Of a stretch of 64,000 nt of DNA, positions 38,809-49,940 are shown piece after piece. The stretch spans positions 1,152,001 through 1,216,000 of the forward strand of contig OY843751.1 in NCBI GenBank assembly GCA_963693055.1, in the 5' to 3' direction. Made by a program: the position numbers and the translations under genes. The number at the start of each line of letters is the position of its first letter. The first letter of the stretch is position 1. Source of the DNA: a bacterium (lineage in GTDB: Bacteria; Zhuqueibacterota; Zhuqueibacteria; Residuimicrobiales; Krinioviventaceae). The notes under the pieces are model-generated. The model worked only from the letters and a program-made list of their open reading frames with translations. It had not been told where the DNA came from and did not search any database.

Positions 38809-38824
38809 TGGTATAAATCTTGCT
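38809..38824 (+). promoter_or_regulatory. putative sigma54 (-24/-12) promoter of the chemosensory operon
   Basis: TGGTATAAATCTTGCT, i.e. GG-N10-GC with TTGCT. Preceded by the inverted repeat ACGCAA-N12-TTGCGT (38778-38801). Confidence 0.6.
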
Positions 38825-38967
38825 TTTAATGATTAATATTAATGAGCATTTTTATAACTTGTTGTTTTTTAATATTTTGTTGTAGTAGTTTTAATTTGGT
38901 GTTGGTTTATAAATGGGAAAAATAGTCTGCAACAATAAAAAAATTACTTGAATAATAAAGAGGTGTT

Positions 38968-39363
38968 ATGAAAATTCTTATTGTTGAGGACGATCCGGCT
39001 GGCGCAAAAATCCTTGAAGACATTTTGCAATCTGTTGGAGATTGTGATACTGTTATTGATGGGGAAGAAGCTGTACAGGCATTCAAGTTGGCGTATGAAA
39101 AGCAGCAACCTTATGATTTGATTCTTATGGACATTATGATGCCAAATGTAGATGGTCAAGAAGCTTTAAAACTCATTCGGGAAACTGAAAAAGAAAAGTA
39201 CAAAATTTATTCTAATGGTGTTAAGGTGATCATGACCACAGCGCTTGATGATCAGGTAAATGTTTTAAAAGCATTTTGTGAGGGTGGTGCCGCAAGTTAT
39301 CTTGTAAAGCCTATTACACGGAACAAACTTTTAGGCAAGTTGAATGAGATGGGTTTAATGTAA
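38968..39363 (+). CDS. single-domain response regulator (CheY-like)
   Basis: VEDD, LMDIMMP, MTTA and VKP motifs. Confidence 0.9.
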   Translation: MKILIVEDDPAGAKILEDILQSVGDCDTVIDGEEAVQAFKLAYEKQQPYDLILMDIMMPNVDGQEALKLIRETEKEKYKIYSNGVKVIMTTALDDQVNVLKAFCEGGAASYLVKPITRNKLLGKLNEMGLM

Positions 39364-39411
39364 TGTTTGAAAATAATGTGAAATTTTTCATATTAACTAA
39401 ATGGGGTTGCC

Positions 39412-41175
39412 TTGAGTGAAATTAATGTAATCAAAGAAAACCTGTTGAATGTGAATAAAAGTTTGATTGCCCTTACAACGGGAACCGAAAAGGAATTTCT
39501 GGATATTGGAGCCAAGCTGGCGGATTATAGTGAAAGATCTAATAAAATTTTGGGTGTTGCTAAATCTACAACAGATCTTATTGCCGGTTCAGATATGAAA
39601 AATGTAATTCAAGAATTGGGTGAAATCTTGAACCGGATTAACCGTTATTTGGATTATAATTCTGAAGAGCTGGATGAAAAAATAAACCAGTTTAGTAAAA
39701 TTTTGGAAATTTCAGATAAAAATAATTCCCCACTTCAGGCACTTGAAAGAAAAACCATGGAACTCCGTATGCTTGGTGTTTCAACCCGTATTGAAAGTGC
39801 ACATATTAATTCGGAAAATTCAAGTTTTGTAACATTGTCAAACGAGGTAAATCAACTGTCTAATCAGATAGCTGGCAAGTTGGAGATGATAGAAAATGGA
39901 TTGATGGATTCTTCTCGAATTGTAAATAAAACATATAAAGAAGTTAGTGAATTTAAGTCAAAACAAGCCTCATCTGCAATTTCTATTTTTTCAAGAATCA
40001 ATCAATGTATTGAAGCTCTTGTAATTAAACATGATCAATCTGTAAATATGGTTAATTCAATCCGTGATGATAATCAAAGAATAACCGATGGAGTGAATGG
40101 TATTGTTGGTTCTTTGCAGATACATGACATAAGCAGACAAAAACTTGAACATGTTACCGAAGCTATTGATGATTTGGAGCCCGATGCTATTGATGTTCAA
40201 CAAGAAATTGATAAAGAATTCATCATGCAAACTGCTGATGTGTGCAAGCTTCAGATTCAACAATTATATAATACCAGAATGGAAATTTTAGATGCTTTTC
40301 AATCCATTATTAGTAATGGTAACAATATTGCTTCAACTACTCGCCAAATGGCTTCAAATACCAGCAAAATGATGACAACGTCAGATGAGAATAGCTCTGC
40401 TTTTTGTTTTGACGTTGAAAGTGGAATTGAAAGTGTAATTTCTTCATTACGAAATAATGCAAATATAATACATGATCTCAGTCAAACTACTATGCAGATT
40501 TCTGGTTTAATTAAAGAGATGTCTGTTTTTATTAAAGACATTAAAGAAATTGGGACCAATATAACTCTTATCGCTTTGAATGCCATAATTAATGCAGAGC
40601 ATTTACATAAAGAAGGTGCGGCACTAAGTGTTTTGGCTGATGCAATACAACAATTATCTGTGAACACCAAACTGGATATTGAAAAAATTGCCGACAATTT
40701 GGGAACAATAACTGAATTGGCTAAAAATTTAGCTTATATGAATTCTTTTGGTGATGAAAAGCTCGAAATTGATACTGTAGTTGATGAGATGTCAATCAAT
40801 CTTAATACTTTGCTGCAAAAATTAAACAAAATGTTTACAAACAGCTCTAGTTATTTGAGTCAAATTGAATCTGATGGAAATTCTTTATTTAATGATCTTG
40901 ATGCTACGATGAACAGTATTTCTGTTCACCATAAATTGGAAGCCAGTATTATTGATGCAATTGGTCTGCTTAATGCTGTAATTGACCAGGTCCAGAGGAC
41001 GGTGCCTGAATATGATGGTCAATCCAGGCAGATTAATACTGATAATTTGTCATCAAGATATACTATGCAATCGGAACGTTCTATTCATGATGCATTTGTA
41101 GATAATACCGTTCAAGATATTGCAGATTTTACTGAATCAGATGACGATTTGGGTGATAATATCGAGTTGTTTTAA
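39412..41175 (+). CDS. soluble MCP-like protein with two degenerate signalling hairpins
   Basis: No TM segments. Hairpin-like LRMLGVSTRIESAHI..FVTLSNEVNQLS and ITLIALNAIINAEHL..LSVLADAIQQLS, with LQIHDISRQKLEHV, RYTMQSER and C-terminal DNIELF. Confidence 0.75.
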   Translation: MSEINVIKENLLNVNKSLIALTTGTEKEFLDIGAKLADYSERSNKILGVAKSTTDLIAGSDMKNVIQELGEILNRINRYLDYNSEELDEKINQFSKILEISDKNNSPLQALERKTMELRMLGVSTRIESAHINSENSSFVTLSNEVNQLSNQIAGKLEMIENGLMDSSRIVNKTYKEVSEFKSKQASSAISIFSRINQCIEALVIKHDQSVNMVNSIRDDNQRITDGVNGIVGSLQIHDISRQKLEHVTEAIDDLEPDAIDVQQEIDKEFIMQTADVCKLQIQQLYNTRMEILDAFQSIISNGNNIASTTRQMASNTSKMMTTSDENSSAFCFDVESGIESVISSLRNNANIIHDLSQTTMQISGLIKEMSVFIKDIKEIGTNITLIALNAIINAEHLHKEGAALSVLADAIQQLSVNTKLDIEKIADNLGTITELAKNLAYMNSFGDEKLEIDTVVDEMSINLNTLLQKLNKMFTNSSSYLSQIESDGNSLFNDLDATMNSISVHHKLEASIIDAIGLLNAVIDQVQRTVPEYDGQSRQINTDNLSSRYTMQSERSIHDAFVDNTVQDIADFTESDDDLGDNIELF

Positions 41176-41190
41176 AAGAATGGAAAGTAT

Positions 41191-41475
41191 ATGATAAAGT
41201 ATACGAAACGAGGTAAAAACAGAGTTATTACTCTGAATCAAAGTATTGGTATTGAACAGGCCGATGAACTTTATAAAGCTTTGATTGCTTGTTATAAAAA
41301 AGCAAACAAGATAAGTATTGAGATGAATAAACTCGAAACAATAGATTTATCTGCTTTGCAATTATTATATGCAGCTAAAAAAGCCTGTTTATTAAAAGGG
41401 ATTGATTTTTTATTCGATCCCAATGATGCGCCCTGTGTACAAGAACAATTATTAAAGACGTGTATAGAGATATAA
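41191..41475 (+). CDS. STAS domain protein (anti-sigma-antagonist-like)
   Basis: 94 aa with ETIDLSALQLL. Located between the MCP-like gene and cheY. Confidence 0.8.
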   Translation: MIKYTKRGKNRVITLNQSIGIEQADELYKALIACYKKANKISIEMNKLETIDLSALQLLYAAKKACLLKGIDFLFDPNDAPCVQEQLLKTCIEI

Positions 41476-41491
41476 ATTAAGAGGCCTTTTT

Positions 41492-41857
41492 ATGTCAAAG
41501 ACAATAATGACAGTAGATGATTCCGCAAGTATAAGACAGATGGTGAGTTTTACTCTAAAAAGTGCCGGCTATATTGTGATTGAGGCCGTGGATGGCAGAG
41601 ATGCATTAAATAAAATTGAAAATTCTAAAGTTGATCTGATATTGGCAGATTTGAATATGCCCAATATGGATGGCATAACTTTGATTAAAAATGTTCGTAG
41701 CAATCCTGCATACAAGTTTGTTCCTATTGTAATGCTGACAACAGAATCTCAAGCGGATAAGAAACAGGAAGGAAGATCCGCAGGAGCAACAGGTTGGATT
41801 GTAAAACCGTTTAAACCGGAACAGCTTGTTGCTGTTGTAAAAAAGGTATTGGGCTAA
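41492..41857 (+). CDS. cheY: chemotaxis response regulator
   Basis: VDDS, ADLNMP, LTTE and GWIVKPF motifs. Confidence 0.93.
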   Translation: MSKTIMTVDDSASIRQMVSFTLKSAGYIVIEAVDGRDALNKIENSKVDLILADLNMPNMDGITLIKNVRSNPAYKFVPIVMLTTESQADKKQEGRSAGATGWIVKPFKPEQLVAVVKKVLG

Positions 41858-41872
41858 AGAAAAGGTAATCCA

Positions 41873-43954
41873 ATGTCGAATTATCAGGAAGTATTTCTTC
41901 AGGAAGCGAATGAGTTACTCTATGAGCTGGAATCTCAACTTTTAGAGTTGGAACAAAATCCAGATGATCTTGATCTGGTTGGACGTATTTTTAGAGCATT
42001 GCATACCATAAAAGGTTCTGGTGCAATGTTTGGATTTGATAATGTATCACAATTTACTCATGATCTGGAAAATATTTTTGATTTAATTCGAAACGAAAAA
42101 TTAAAAGTATCTCATGATTTAATTGATCTTACTTTGAGATCGCGTGATTATATGCAAAGGTTACTGGATGACAATGATGTGATAACTGTTGCATTAAATA
42201 TAGAGGGACTAAAACTGACCGAGTCTATTCAAGTTTTGTTACCCCAAAATGATAAAGATGATACCGGCGATTCTGTTAAATCTGATGAAACTTTGCCGTT
42301 AGAAACGACAAATGCGGATGAACCAAAAGTTTATTTTATCTCTTTTAAACCATATCCTGATCTTTTTAAAACAGGTACCAACCCTGTATTGCTTCTTGAT
42401 GAGTTGCAGGAAATGGGCGAGTACTATATTAAATCAAATTTGGAACGCTTGCCCGATCTTGAAGAGATTGATCCCGAGTCATGCTATACGGAATGGAATA
42501 TTTTAGTCAAGACAACAAACGATAAAATGATAATACAGGATGTTTTTATCTTTGTTGAAGATGTTGCTGAAATTTCTGTTGTTGAATTGGGAATACACCC
42601 CACATTAACTCAGAATGTGCTGCAAAAAATGATTGACCAAATTCCATTCAAAGCAAATTTGGAAAAATATGATCTCATGCAAATTGCAGATTCTTTGACT
42701 GAATCGGGAAAAAAACAGACATCTACAGGTGGTGGGGTTGATACATTTGTGCAATCAGGAAAAGGACCAGAAGCGACTATTCGGGTTGCGTCTGATCGTT
42801 TAGATACGCTTGTGGATCTTGTTGGTGAGTTTGTAACCATGCAGGCACATCTGGCACAACATTCTAAAAAAAGTAGTGATTCTGAAACACAATTGATGTC
42901 AGAACAGATGGAACGCTTGACCAGTGAGTTGCGCGATAATGTAATGAGTCTGAGAATGCAGCCCATAGGTACTATTTTTGGTAAATTCAGAAGACTTGTG
43001 CGCGATCTGTCATCTGATCTGAACAAAGAAGTAAAATTAATTACCGAAGGTGAACAGACCGAATTAGATAAATCTGTTATTGAAAAATTGAATGATCCGT
43101 TAATGCATATCATCCGTAATTCAATAGATCATGGAATTGAATTACCTGACGATAGATTAAATAAAGATAAACCCAAAGAAGGAACCGTAAGGCTTGCAGC
43201 ATCTCATTCCGGTGCAAATGTTGTAATAAAAATAATTGATGATGGAAAAGGGCTAGATAAAAACGCAATTTATGAAAAAGCGCTTGAACGCTCTCTGGTA
43301 ACCAAAGAAGCAAGCTTGAGCGATAGCGAGATATTTCAGTTTATTTTTCATCCTGGGTTTTCTACCAATACTGTTGTAACCAATGTATCCGGGCGAGGTG
43401 TTGGCATGGATGTTGTCAAAAAAGCTATTGATGCATTAGGTGGAACGATAGAGATTAAAAGTGAAGCAGGCAAAGGGACAGAGATCTCTCTGGTATTACC
43501 ATTGACCCTGGCAATTATTGAAGGCCTGCTTGTCTCATTAGGAGATGATTTTTTTATTTTACCATTATCTATTGTAGATGAATGTGTAGAATTGATAAAA
43601 AGCCAGGATGCAATTGAAGGGCGTCATTTGATTAATGTTAGAGGTCATATGGTGCCATATCTCCGGTTACGTGAATATTTTGGGATGGAAAAGAGTAATT
43701 CTGGAATAGAGCAAGTTGTTGTTGCAGAAATAAATTCTAATAAATTTGGTTTTGTGGTTGATAATGTCATTGGTGGCCACCAAACTGTTATTAAATCATT
43801 GGGAAAATTGTACAAAAATATAGAAGGGATTTCTGGAGCTACAATTTTGGGTGATGGTTCAGTGGCCTTGATATTGGATTTAATAAAATTAGAGCAAGCT
43901 GCTTTACAGCTTTATGAAGAAAATACAACAATTGTTGAATATGCAACGTATTGA
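41873..43954 (+). CDS. cheA: chemotaxis histidine kinase
   Basis: Hpt FRALHTIKG, P2, dimerisation domain, HIIRNSIDHG, SGRGVGMD and a C-terminal CheW domain. Confidence 0.97.
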   Translation: MSNYQEVFLQEANELLYELESQLLELEQNPDDLDLVGRIFRALHTIKGSGAMFGFDNVSQFTHDLENIFDLIRNEKLKVSHDLIDLTLRSRDYMQRLLDDNDVITVALNIEGLKLTESIQVLLPQNDKDDTGDSVKSDETLPLETTNADEPKVYFISFKPYPDLFKTGTNPVLLLDELQEMGEYYIKSNLERLPDLEEIDPESCYTEWNILVKTTNDKMIIQDVFIFVEDVAEISVVELGIHPTLTQNVLQKMIDQIPFKANLEKYDLMQIADSLTESGKKQTSTGGGVDTFVQSGKGPEATIRVASDRLDTLVDLVGEFVTMQAHLAQHSKKSSDSETQLMSEQMERLTSELRDNVMSLRMQPIGTIFGKFRRLVRDLSSDLNKEVKLITEGEQTELDKSVIEKLNDPLMHIIRNSIDHGIELPDDRLNKDKPKEGTVRLAASHSGANVVIKIIDDGKGLDKNAIYEKALERSLVTKEASLSDSEIFQFIFHPGFSTNTVVTNVSGRGVGMDVVKKAIDALGGTIEIKSEAGKGTEISLVLPLTLAIIEGLLVSLGDDFFILPLSIVDECVELIKSQDAIEGRHLINVRGHMVPYLRLREYFGMEKSNSGIEQVVVAEINSNKFGFVVDNVIGGHQTVIKSLGKLYKNIEGISGATILGDGSVALILDLIKLEQAALQLYEENTTIVEYATY

Positions 43955-43958
43955 GTAA

Positions 43959-44459
43959 ATGGAGGAAAACATGTCAGAAGTTTTAACATTGGAACAAACT
44001 CAATACCTCAGCTTTTATTTGGATGATGAACAATACGCTTTAGATATAACGCAGGTTAGAGAGGTATTGGATGTAACTAGAGTAACCAAGGTACCAAAAA
44101 CCCCGGACTATATGTTGGGGGTCATTAATCTTCGTGGTAGTGTTGTACCGGTAATAGATATGTGTCTTAAATTTGGCTTACCCAAAATCGAAATTACCCG
44201 AGATAGCTGTATTATTATAGTTGAAGTTAAAGTTGAGGAGGAAAAGGTCGTTTTAGGAGCTCTGGCTGATTCCGTCAAAGAAGTTTTTGAATTGGGATCA
44301 GAAGAGATAAAAGATGTACCTCAAATGGGTACCCGTTTGAAAACAGATTTTATTAAAGGTATGGGAAAATATAATGATGATTTTGTAATAATTTTAGATA
44401 TTGATAAAATTTTCTCTACCCAAGATCTAAGTCTGGTTCAAGAAGTAAATGAAGCATAA
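43959..44459 (+). CDS. cheW: chemotaxis coupling protein
   Basis: GVINLRGSVVPVID motif. Confidence 0.95.
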   Translation: MEENMSEVLTLEQTQYLSFYLDDEQYALDITQVREVLDVTRVTKVPKTPDYMLGVINLRGSVVPVIDMCLKFGLPKIEITRDSCIIIVEVKVEEEKVVLGALADSVKEVFELGSEEIKDVPQMGTRLKTDFIKGMGKYNDDFVIILDIDKIFSTQDLSLVQEVNEA

Positions 44460-44484
44460 AATTAGGATGTAAGGGGTAATTAAG

Positions 44485-46539
44485 ATGAATTGGAAAGACC
44501 TGAAATTAAGTAATAAATTTGGTGTCGGGTTTGGAGTTGTGTTGGTATTATTGGCCGTTGTTGGTGTTTGGGCCATATTGGGAATTAGCGGAATAGTTTT
44601 TAACGCAAGTGAAGTTATTGGTGGTAATAAACTCAAAGCTGAAATGGAAGGCAGAATTGTTGACCATTTGAACTGGGCGGAAGATTTAAACCGTTACATG
44701 TCTGATAAAACCATGAACAAAATGACCGTGCAAACTGATGCACATCAATGTGCTTTTGGTAAATGGTATTATAGTGATGCCCGTAAGCAGGCTGAAGCTT
44801 TGGTTCCCGAATTAAAGGAGGTTTTTGCAGAAATTGAAGAGCCTCATACCCATTTGCATGAATCTGCAATAGAAATTAATGATTTATTTGTAAGAGCAGA
44901 TTTAGAACTGGGGAACTTTTTAAGAGAGAAAAAGACCGATCATTTGGCATGGGCCCACAGTGTTAAAGATGTTTTTGTGAACACATCGCTAACTACGATA
45001 AACGCGCAAATGGATCCTACTCAGTGTTCTCTGGGAAAATGGATGTATTCAGATGAGGTAAAGGAATTAAAACGTCAATATCCTGAATTTGCTGAATATC
45101 TTGAGGCTTTGGATAAACCTCACAGAGATTTGCATAATAGTGCCAGAGAAATTCAAAATTATCTCGGAAATAATAAAAGGACCCAAGCAGCATCATTTTA
45201 TATGGAGAATACAAGTCCTTTAGCCAGTGAATGTCTTGCTAGAATAGATAAACTACTCGAGTGGCAGGATGACAGGGTAGCGCAAATGAATGTTGCCAAA
45301 GACGTTTATGTTGAAAAAACAAGTCCCAGTTTACATACTGTACAGTCATTACTAACTAAAGCTGTTGACATTACAGATGAAAATGTAATGACTGATGATG
45401 AGATGCTCAGTGCCGCAGTTAATACCCGTACGGGTGTTATAATATTTGGCTTATTGGCAATACTGTTTGGTATAGGTTTGGCAATCACTATTGCAAAAGG
45501 TATTATTAATCCTATCTCTAAAGGGGTTGATTTTGCCAGGATTGTGTCAGAGGGCAATTTAACAGCTACAATTGATGTCAATCAAAAAGATGAGATTGGT
45601 ATGTTAGCTTCTGCTCTTCAAAATATGGTTGAAAAATTGAGCAATGTTGTTGCAGAGGTAAGATCAGCTTCGGATTATGTGTCTTCAGGGAGTTTAGAAC
45701 TCAGTTCAAGCGCGCAGGAATTATCTCAAGGTGCCAGTGAGCAGGCTGCCGCAGCTGAAGAGGCATCGTCTTCTATGGAACAAATGAGCTCAAATATTCA
45801 GGCCAATTCTGACAATGCACAGCAAACTGAGAAAATTGCTATCAAAGCTTCTCAGGATGCAGAAGCAAGTGGCAGAGCAGTATCTGAAACCGTTCAAGCG
45901 ATGAACGAAATTACAGAAAAAATATCTGTAATTGAAGAAATTGCAAGACAGACAGATCTGTTGGCATTGAATGCTGCCATTGAAGCCGCAAGAGCGGGTG
46001 AACATGGTAAAGGTTTTGCTGTTGTAGCAGATGGTGTTAGAAAACTTGCTGAACGCAGTCAGCAAACTGCTGCAGAAATTAGTAATATTGCACGTTCAAG
46101 TGTAGATGTAGCGCAAAAAGCCGGCGAAATGTTAAACCAGCTGGTACCAGATATCAAGAGGACTGCTGATCTGGTTCAGGAAATTAATGCTGCAAGTATT
46201 GAACAAACTGCAGGTGCTGACCAGATAAATAAAGCAATTCAGCAACTCGACCAGGTTATTCAGCAAAATGCATCCGCGGCTGAAGAAATGTCTTCTACTT
46301 CTGAAGAACTTGCAGGTCAGTCGGAACAATTACAAAGCACAATAGAGTTTTTCATAGTTAACCAGTATACATCACAAAAGAATAAGACGGTTAAAGCCAG
46401 GGCCAAGGTTGCTCATATTAATGGTGCAAATAATGGTTCCAACTCGAATGGGAATGGTGAACATTATTCCGGAGTTGACATAGATTTGGATATATCTTCT
46501 GGTGGAGATAAACTGGATAAAGATTTTGAAAGATTTTAA
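44485..46539 (+). CDS. membrane chemoreceptor with two CZB domains between TM1 and TM2, HAMP and signalling domain
   Basis: TM1, [42 protein letters not shown]2, HAMP (DEIG), [13 protein letters not shown] and C-terminal pentapeptide DFERF. Confidence 0.92.
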   Translation: MNWKDLKLSNKFGVGFGVVLVLLAVVGVWAILGISGIVFNASEVIGGNKLKAEMEGRIVDHLNWAEDLNRYMSDKTMNKMTVQTDAHQCAFGKWYYSDARKQAEALVPELKEVFAEIEEPHTHLHESAIEINDLFVRADLELGNFLREKKTDHLAWAHSVKDVFVNTSLTTINAQMDPTQCSLGKWMYSDEVKELKRQYPEFAEYLEALDKPHRDLHNSAREIQNYLGNNKRTQAASFYMENTSPLASECLARIDKLLEWQDDRVAQMNVAKDVYVEKTSPSLHTVQSLLTKAVDITDENVMTDDEMLSAAVNTRTGVIIFGLLAILFGIGLAITIAKGIINPISKGVDFARIVSEGNLTATIDVNQKDEIGMLASALQNMVEKLSNVVAEVRSASDYVSSGSLELSSSAQELSQGASEQAAAAEEASSSMEQMSSNIQANSDNAQQTEKIAIKASQDAEASGRAVSETVQAMNEITEKISVIEEIARQTDLLALNAAIEAARAGEHGKGFAVVADGVRKLAERSQQTAAEISNIARSSVDVAQKAGEMLNQLVPDIKRTADLVQEINAASIEQTAGADQINKAIQQLDQVIQQNASAAEEMSSTSEELAGQSEQLQSTIEFFIVNQYTSQKNKTVKARAKVAHINGANNGSNSNGNGEHYSGVDIDLDISSGGDKLDKDFERF

Positions 46540-46541
46540 TT

Positions 46542-46577
46542 AAAAAACTCTCCCCAAATTATTGGGAGAGTTTTTTT
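46542..46577 (+). terminator. intrinsic terminator-like hairpin inside the che operon
   Basis: aaaaaactctcccc-aaatta-ttgggagagttttttt, flanked by A and T runs. Confidence 0.75.
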
Positions 46578-46614
46578 AATATTTTGGTAGCGAACTTGAA
46601 CACAGGACCAACAA

Positions 46615-47442
46615 TTGTTTCAATTAACATCCAAAGATTTTAAACGTCTGAGCACTTTTATTCAGGATGGATATGGAATAAAAATGCCAGATACAAAAAT
46701 TACCATGTTGCAATCGAGATTGCAAAAAAGATTACGTTTGTTGGGTATGAATTCTTTTTCCGATTATTGTGATATGATTTTTTCTTTAGAGCAAGGTGAA
46801 GATGAATTGGTACATATGATCGATGCGGTCACAACAAACAAGACTGATTTTTTCCGTGAACCCGCCCATTACCGATATTTAATAAATACTGCATTACCTG
46901 ATTTGATGTCTCGTAAGGAAAATAGAAATATAAATGTATGGAGTGCAGGGTGTTCGACCGGAGAAGAACCCTACACATTGGCTATGGTGCTTGATAATTA
47001 TTTGTCTTATGAACATTTTACTTTTTCAATTATGGCAACTGATTTATCATCACGGGTATTGGAAACAGCTCGAATGGCTGTGTATGACGAGAGCAAAGTG
47101 GCCCCCGTTCCATTTGAAATGAAAAAGAAATACCTGCTAAGGAGTAAAGACAGAGCAAGTAAGCAGGTGAGAATTGTACCCGAGTTGCGGTCAAAGGTAC
47201 AATTTAAATCTTTGAATTTTATGGACAATGAATTTAGAACCATAAACACAACTTTTGATCTTGTCTTTTGTAGAAATGTTATCATTTATTTTGAGCGGGA
47301 TATTCAGGCAGAAATTATTGGAAAACAGGTGAAATTTTTAAATCCCGGAGGTTATTTGTTTTTAGGTCATTCAGAAACATTATTTGGTTTAGATTTACCT
47401 TTAAAACTGGTAGCTCCAACGATTTATCAAAAACTAAAATAA
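46615..47442 (+). CDS. cheR: chemotaxis methyltransferase
   Basis: TTNKTDFFRE, WSAGCSTGEEPY, FCRNVIIYF and GHSE motifs. Confidence 0.95.
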   Translation: MFQLTSKDFKRLSTFIQDGYGIKMPDTKITMLQSRLQKRLRLLGMNSFSDYCDMIFSLEQGEDELVHMIDAVTTNKTDFFREPAHYRYLINTALPDLMSRKENRNINVWSAGCSTGEEPYTLAMVLDNYLSYEHFTFSIMATDLSSRVLETARMAVYDESKVAPVPFEMKKKYLLRSKDRASKQVRIVPELRSKVQFKSLNFMDNEFRTINTTFDLVFCRNVIIYFERDIQAEIIGKQVKFLNPGGYLFLGHSETLFGLDLPLKLVAPTIYQKLK

Positions 47443-48528
<1,086 letters not shown>

Positions 48529-48550
48529 GATTGATACCGGGAGGAACTAT

Positions 48551-49441
48551 ATGTCCCATTTATCAGATGATCAATTGTTAAAAGAGTTGGAAAACCGATT
48601 AGAAGACCATAAAAATATGATTGCGAAAACCGGATCTTTGATGGTTGAATTGGAATTATTAAATAAAAAGTTGATAGATTCAGAATCTTTAAAAAGTAAT
48701 TTTTTATCAAATATACGTAATGAAATTTTTAATCCCCTAAGCGTGATTTTGGGTTTGTCACAAAATTTGATGGATAATTCCATTATGGATCCCCAAAAGA
48801 TTAATGATATTGGGTATCTGCTTTTTAAAGAATCTTTTTCATTACAATTTCAGTTTAATAATATTTTTCATGCGGCTGACCTTGAAGCAGGAGAATTTCA
48901 AATTGAGCCTGTAAATGTAGAGATTGGCGCATTCATCCAGTCCATTATAAAATCTTATGATCATCTATTAAAAGAAAGAAATCTGGAATGTTGTATAGAG
49001 ACGCAAAGTGAGGATAGTAAGTATTTTGTTTCAGATTCTGATAAACTTTCTATTATAATTGTAAACCTTTTAGATAACGCTATAAAATTTAGTGAAATAG
49101 AAAGCAAGATTCTTGTAAATTATTCCATAAATGATAAAACTTTATTATTGTCAGTTCAAGATAGTGGTGTTGGAATAGATAAAAAAGACCATTTAAATAT
49201 TTTTGACAGATTTACACAACTTGATTTTGGTTCTACAAAAAAACATCATGGGCATGGTTTGGGATTATCACTGGTTAGAGAAATTGTGAAATTAATGGAA
49301 GGAGAAATCAAAGTAGAGAGTGAAACGGGAAAAGGCGCGAAATTTATTCTCATACTTCCGGAGATTTTAACCGATCCTGATAAAGATTTATATTCATCGA
49401 GTTCAAATGAGGAATTTTTTGAGGCTGGTGAGATATTTTAA
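48551..49441 (+). CDS. sensorless histidine-kinase-like protein lacking the phosphoacceptor His
   Basis: H-box reads FLSNIRNEIFNPL (Asn at the His position). N, G1, F and G2 boxes are intact (NLLDNAIKF, DSGVG, IFDRF, GHGLGL). Confidence 0.85.
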   Translation: MSHLSDDQLLKELENRLEDHKNMIAKTGSLMVELELLNKKLIDSESLKSNFLSNIRNEIFNPLSVILGLSQNLMDNSIMDPQKINDIGYLLFKESFSLQFQFNNIFHAADLEAGEFQIEPVNVEIGAFIQSIIKSYDHLLKERNLECCIETQSEDSKYFVSDSDKLSIIIVNLLDNAIKFSEIESKILVNYSINDKTLLLSVQDSGVGIDKKDHLNIFDRFTQLDFGSTKKHHGHGLGLSLVREIVKLMEGEIKVESETGKGAKFILILPEILTDPDKDLYSSSSNEEFFEAGEIF

Positions 49442-49930
49442 ATGGTTGAGCAGTTAAAAACCGACAGTTATTATTTGTACCCGGGAGCTATTTTTGCAGA
49501 TAGATCTCCACATGTTGTAACGACGGTGTTGGGATCTTGTGTTTCTGTTTGCTTGTGGGATCCTGTGAATAGAATTGGAGGTATTAACCATTACATGCTG
49601 CCTTTTTGGAATGGGTATGGTTTGGCTACTCCTCGATATGGAAGCATTGCCATTGAAAAATTGTTGGAAAAAATGTTGGAATTGGGCTGTAAAAAAGAGA
49701 ATTTGATTGCCAAAGTATTCGGTGGAGCCAAAGTTTTAAATACAAAATCAAATTATCTGGATATTGGTAATAATAATATAAATATTGCAAAAAGTATTTT
49801 AGCCCAAAAGAATATTCAGATTTTAAGTAATAGTACCGGTGGGGAACAGGGGCGAAAATTAAAATTTTATACCGAGAGTGGTGTTGTACTGATGAAATTC
49901 TTAAACAATTCATATTCAGATACCCCATAG
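49442..49930 (+). CDS. cheD: chemoreceptor glutamine deamidase
   Basis: TVLGSCVSVCLWD, GGINHYMLP, AKVFGGA and TGG..GR motifs. Confidence 0.93.
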   Translation: MVEQLKTDSYYLYPGAIFADRSPHVVTTVLGSCVSVCLWDPVNRIGGINHYMLPFWNGYGLATPRYGSIAIEKLLEKMLELGCKKENLIAKVFGGAKVLNTKSNYLDIGNNNINIAKSILAQKNIQILSNSTGGEQGRKLKFYTESGVVLMKFLNNSYSDTP

Positions 49931-49940
49931 GAGTTGTTTA

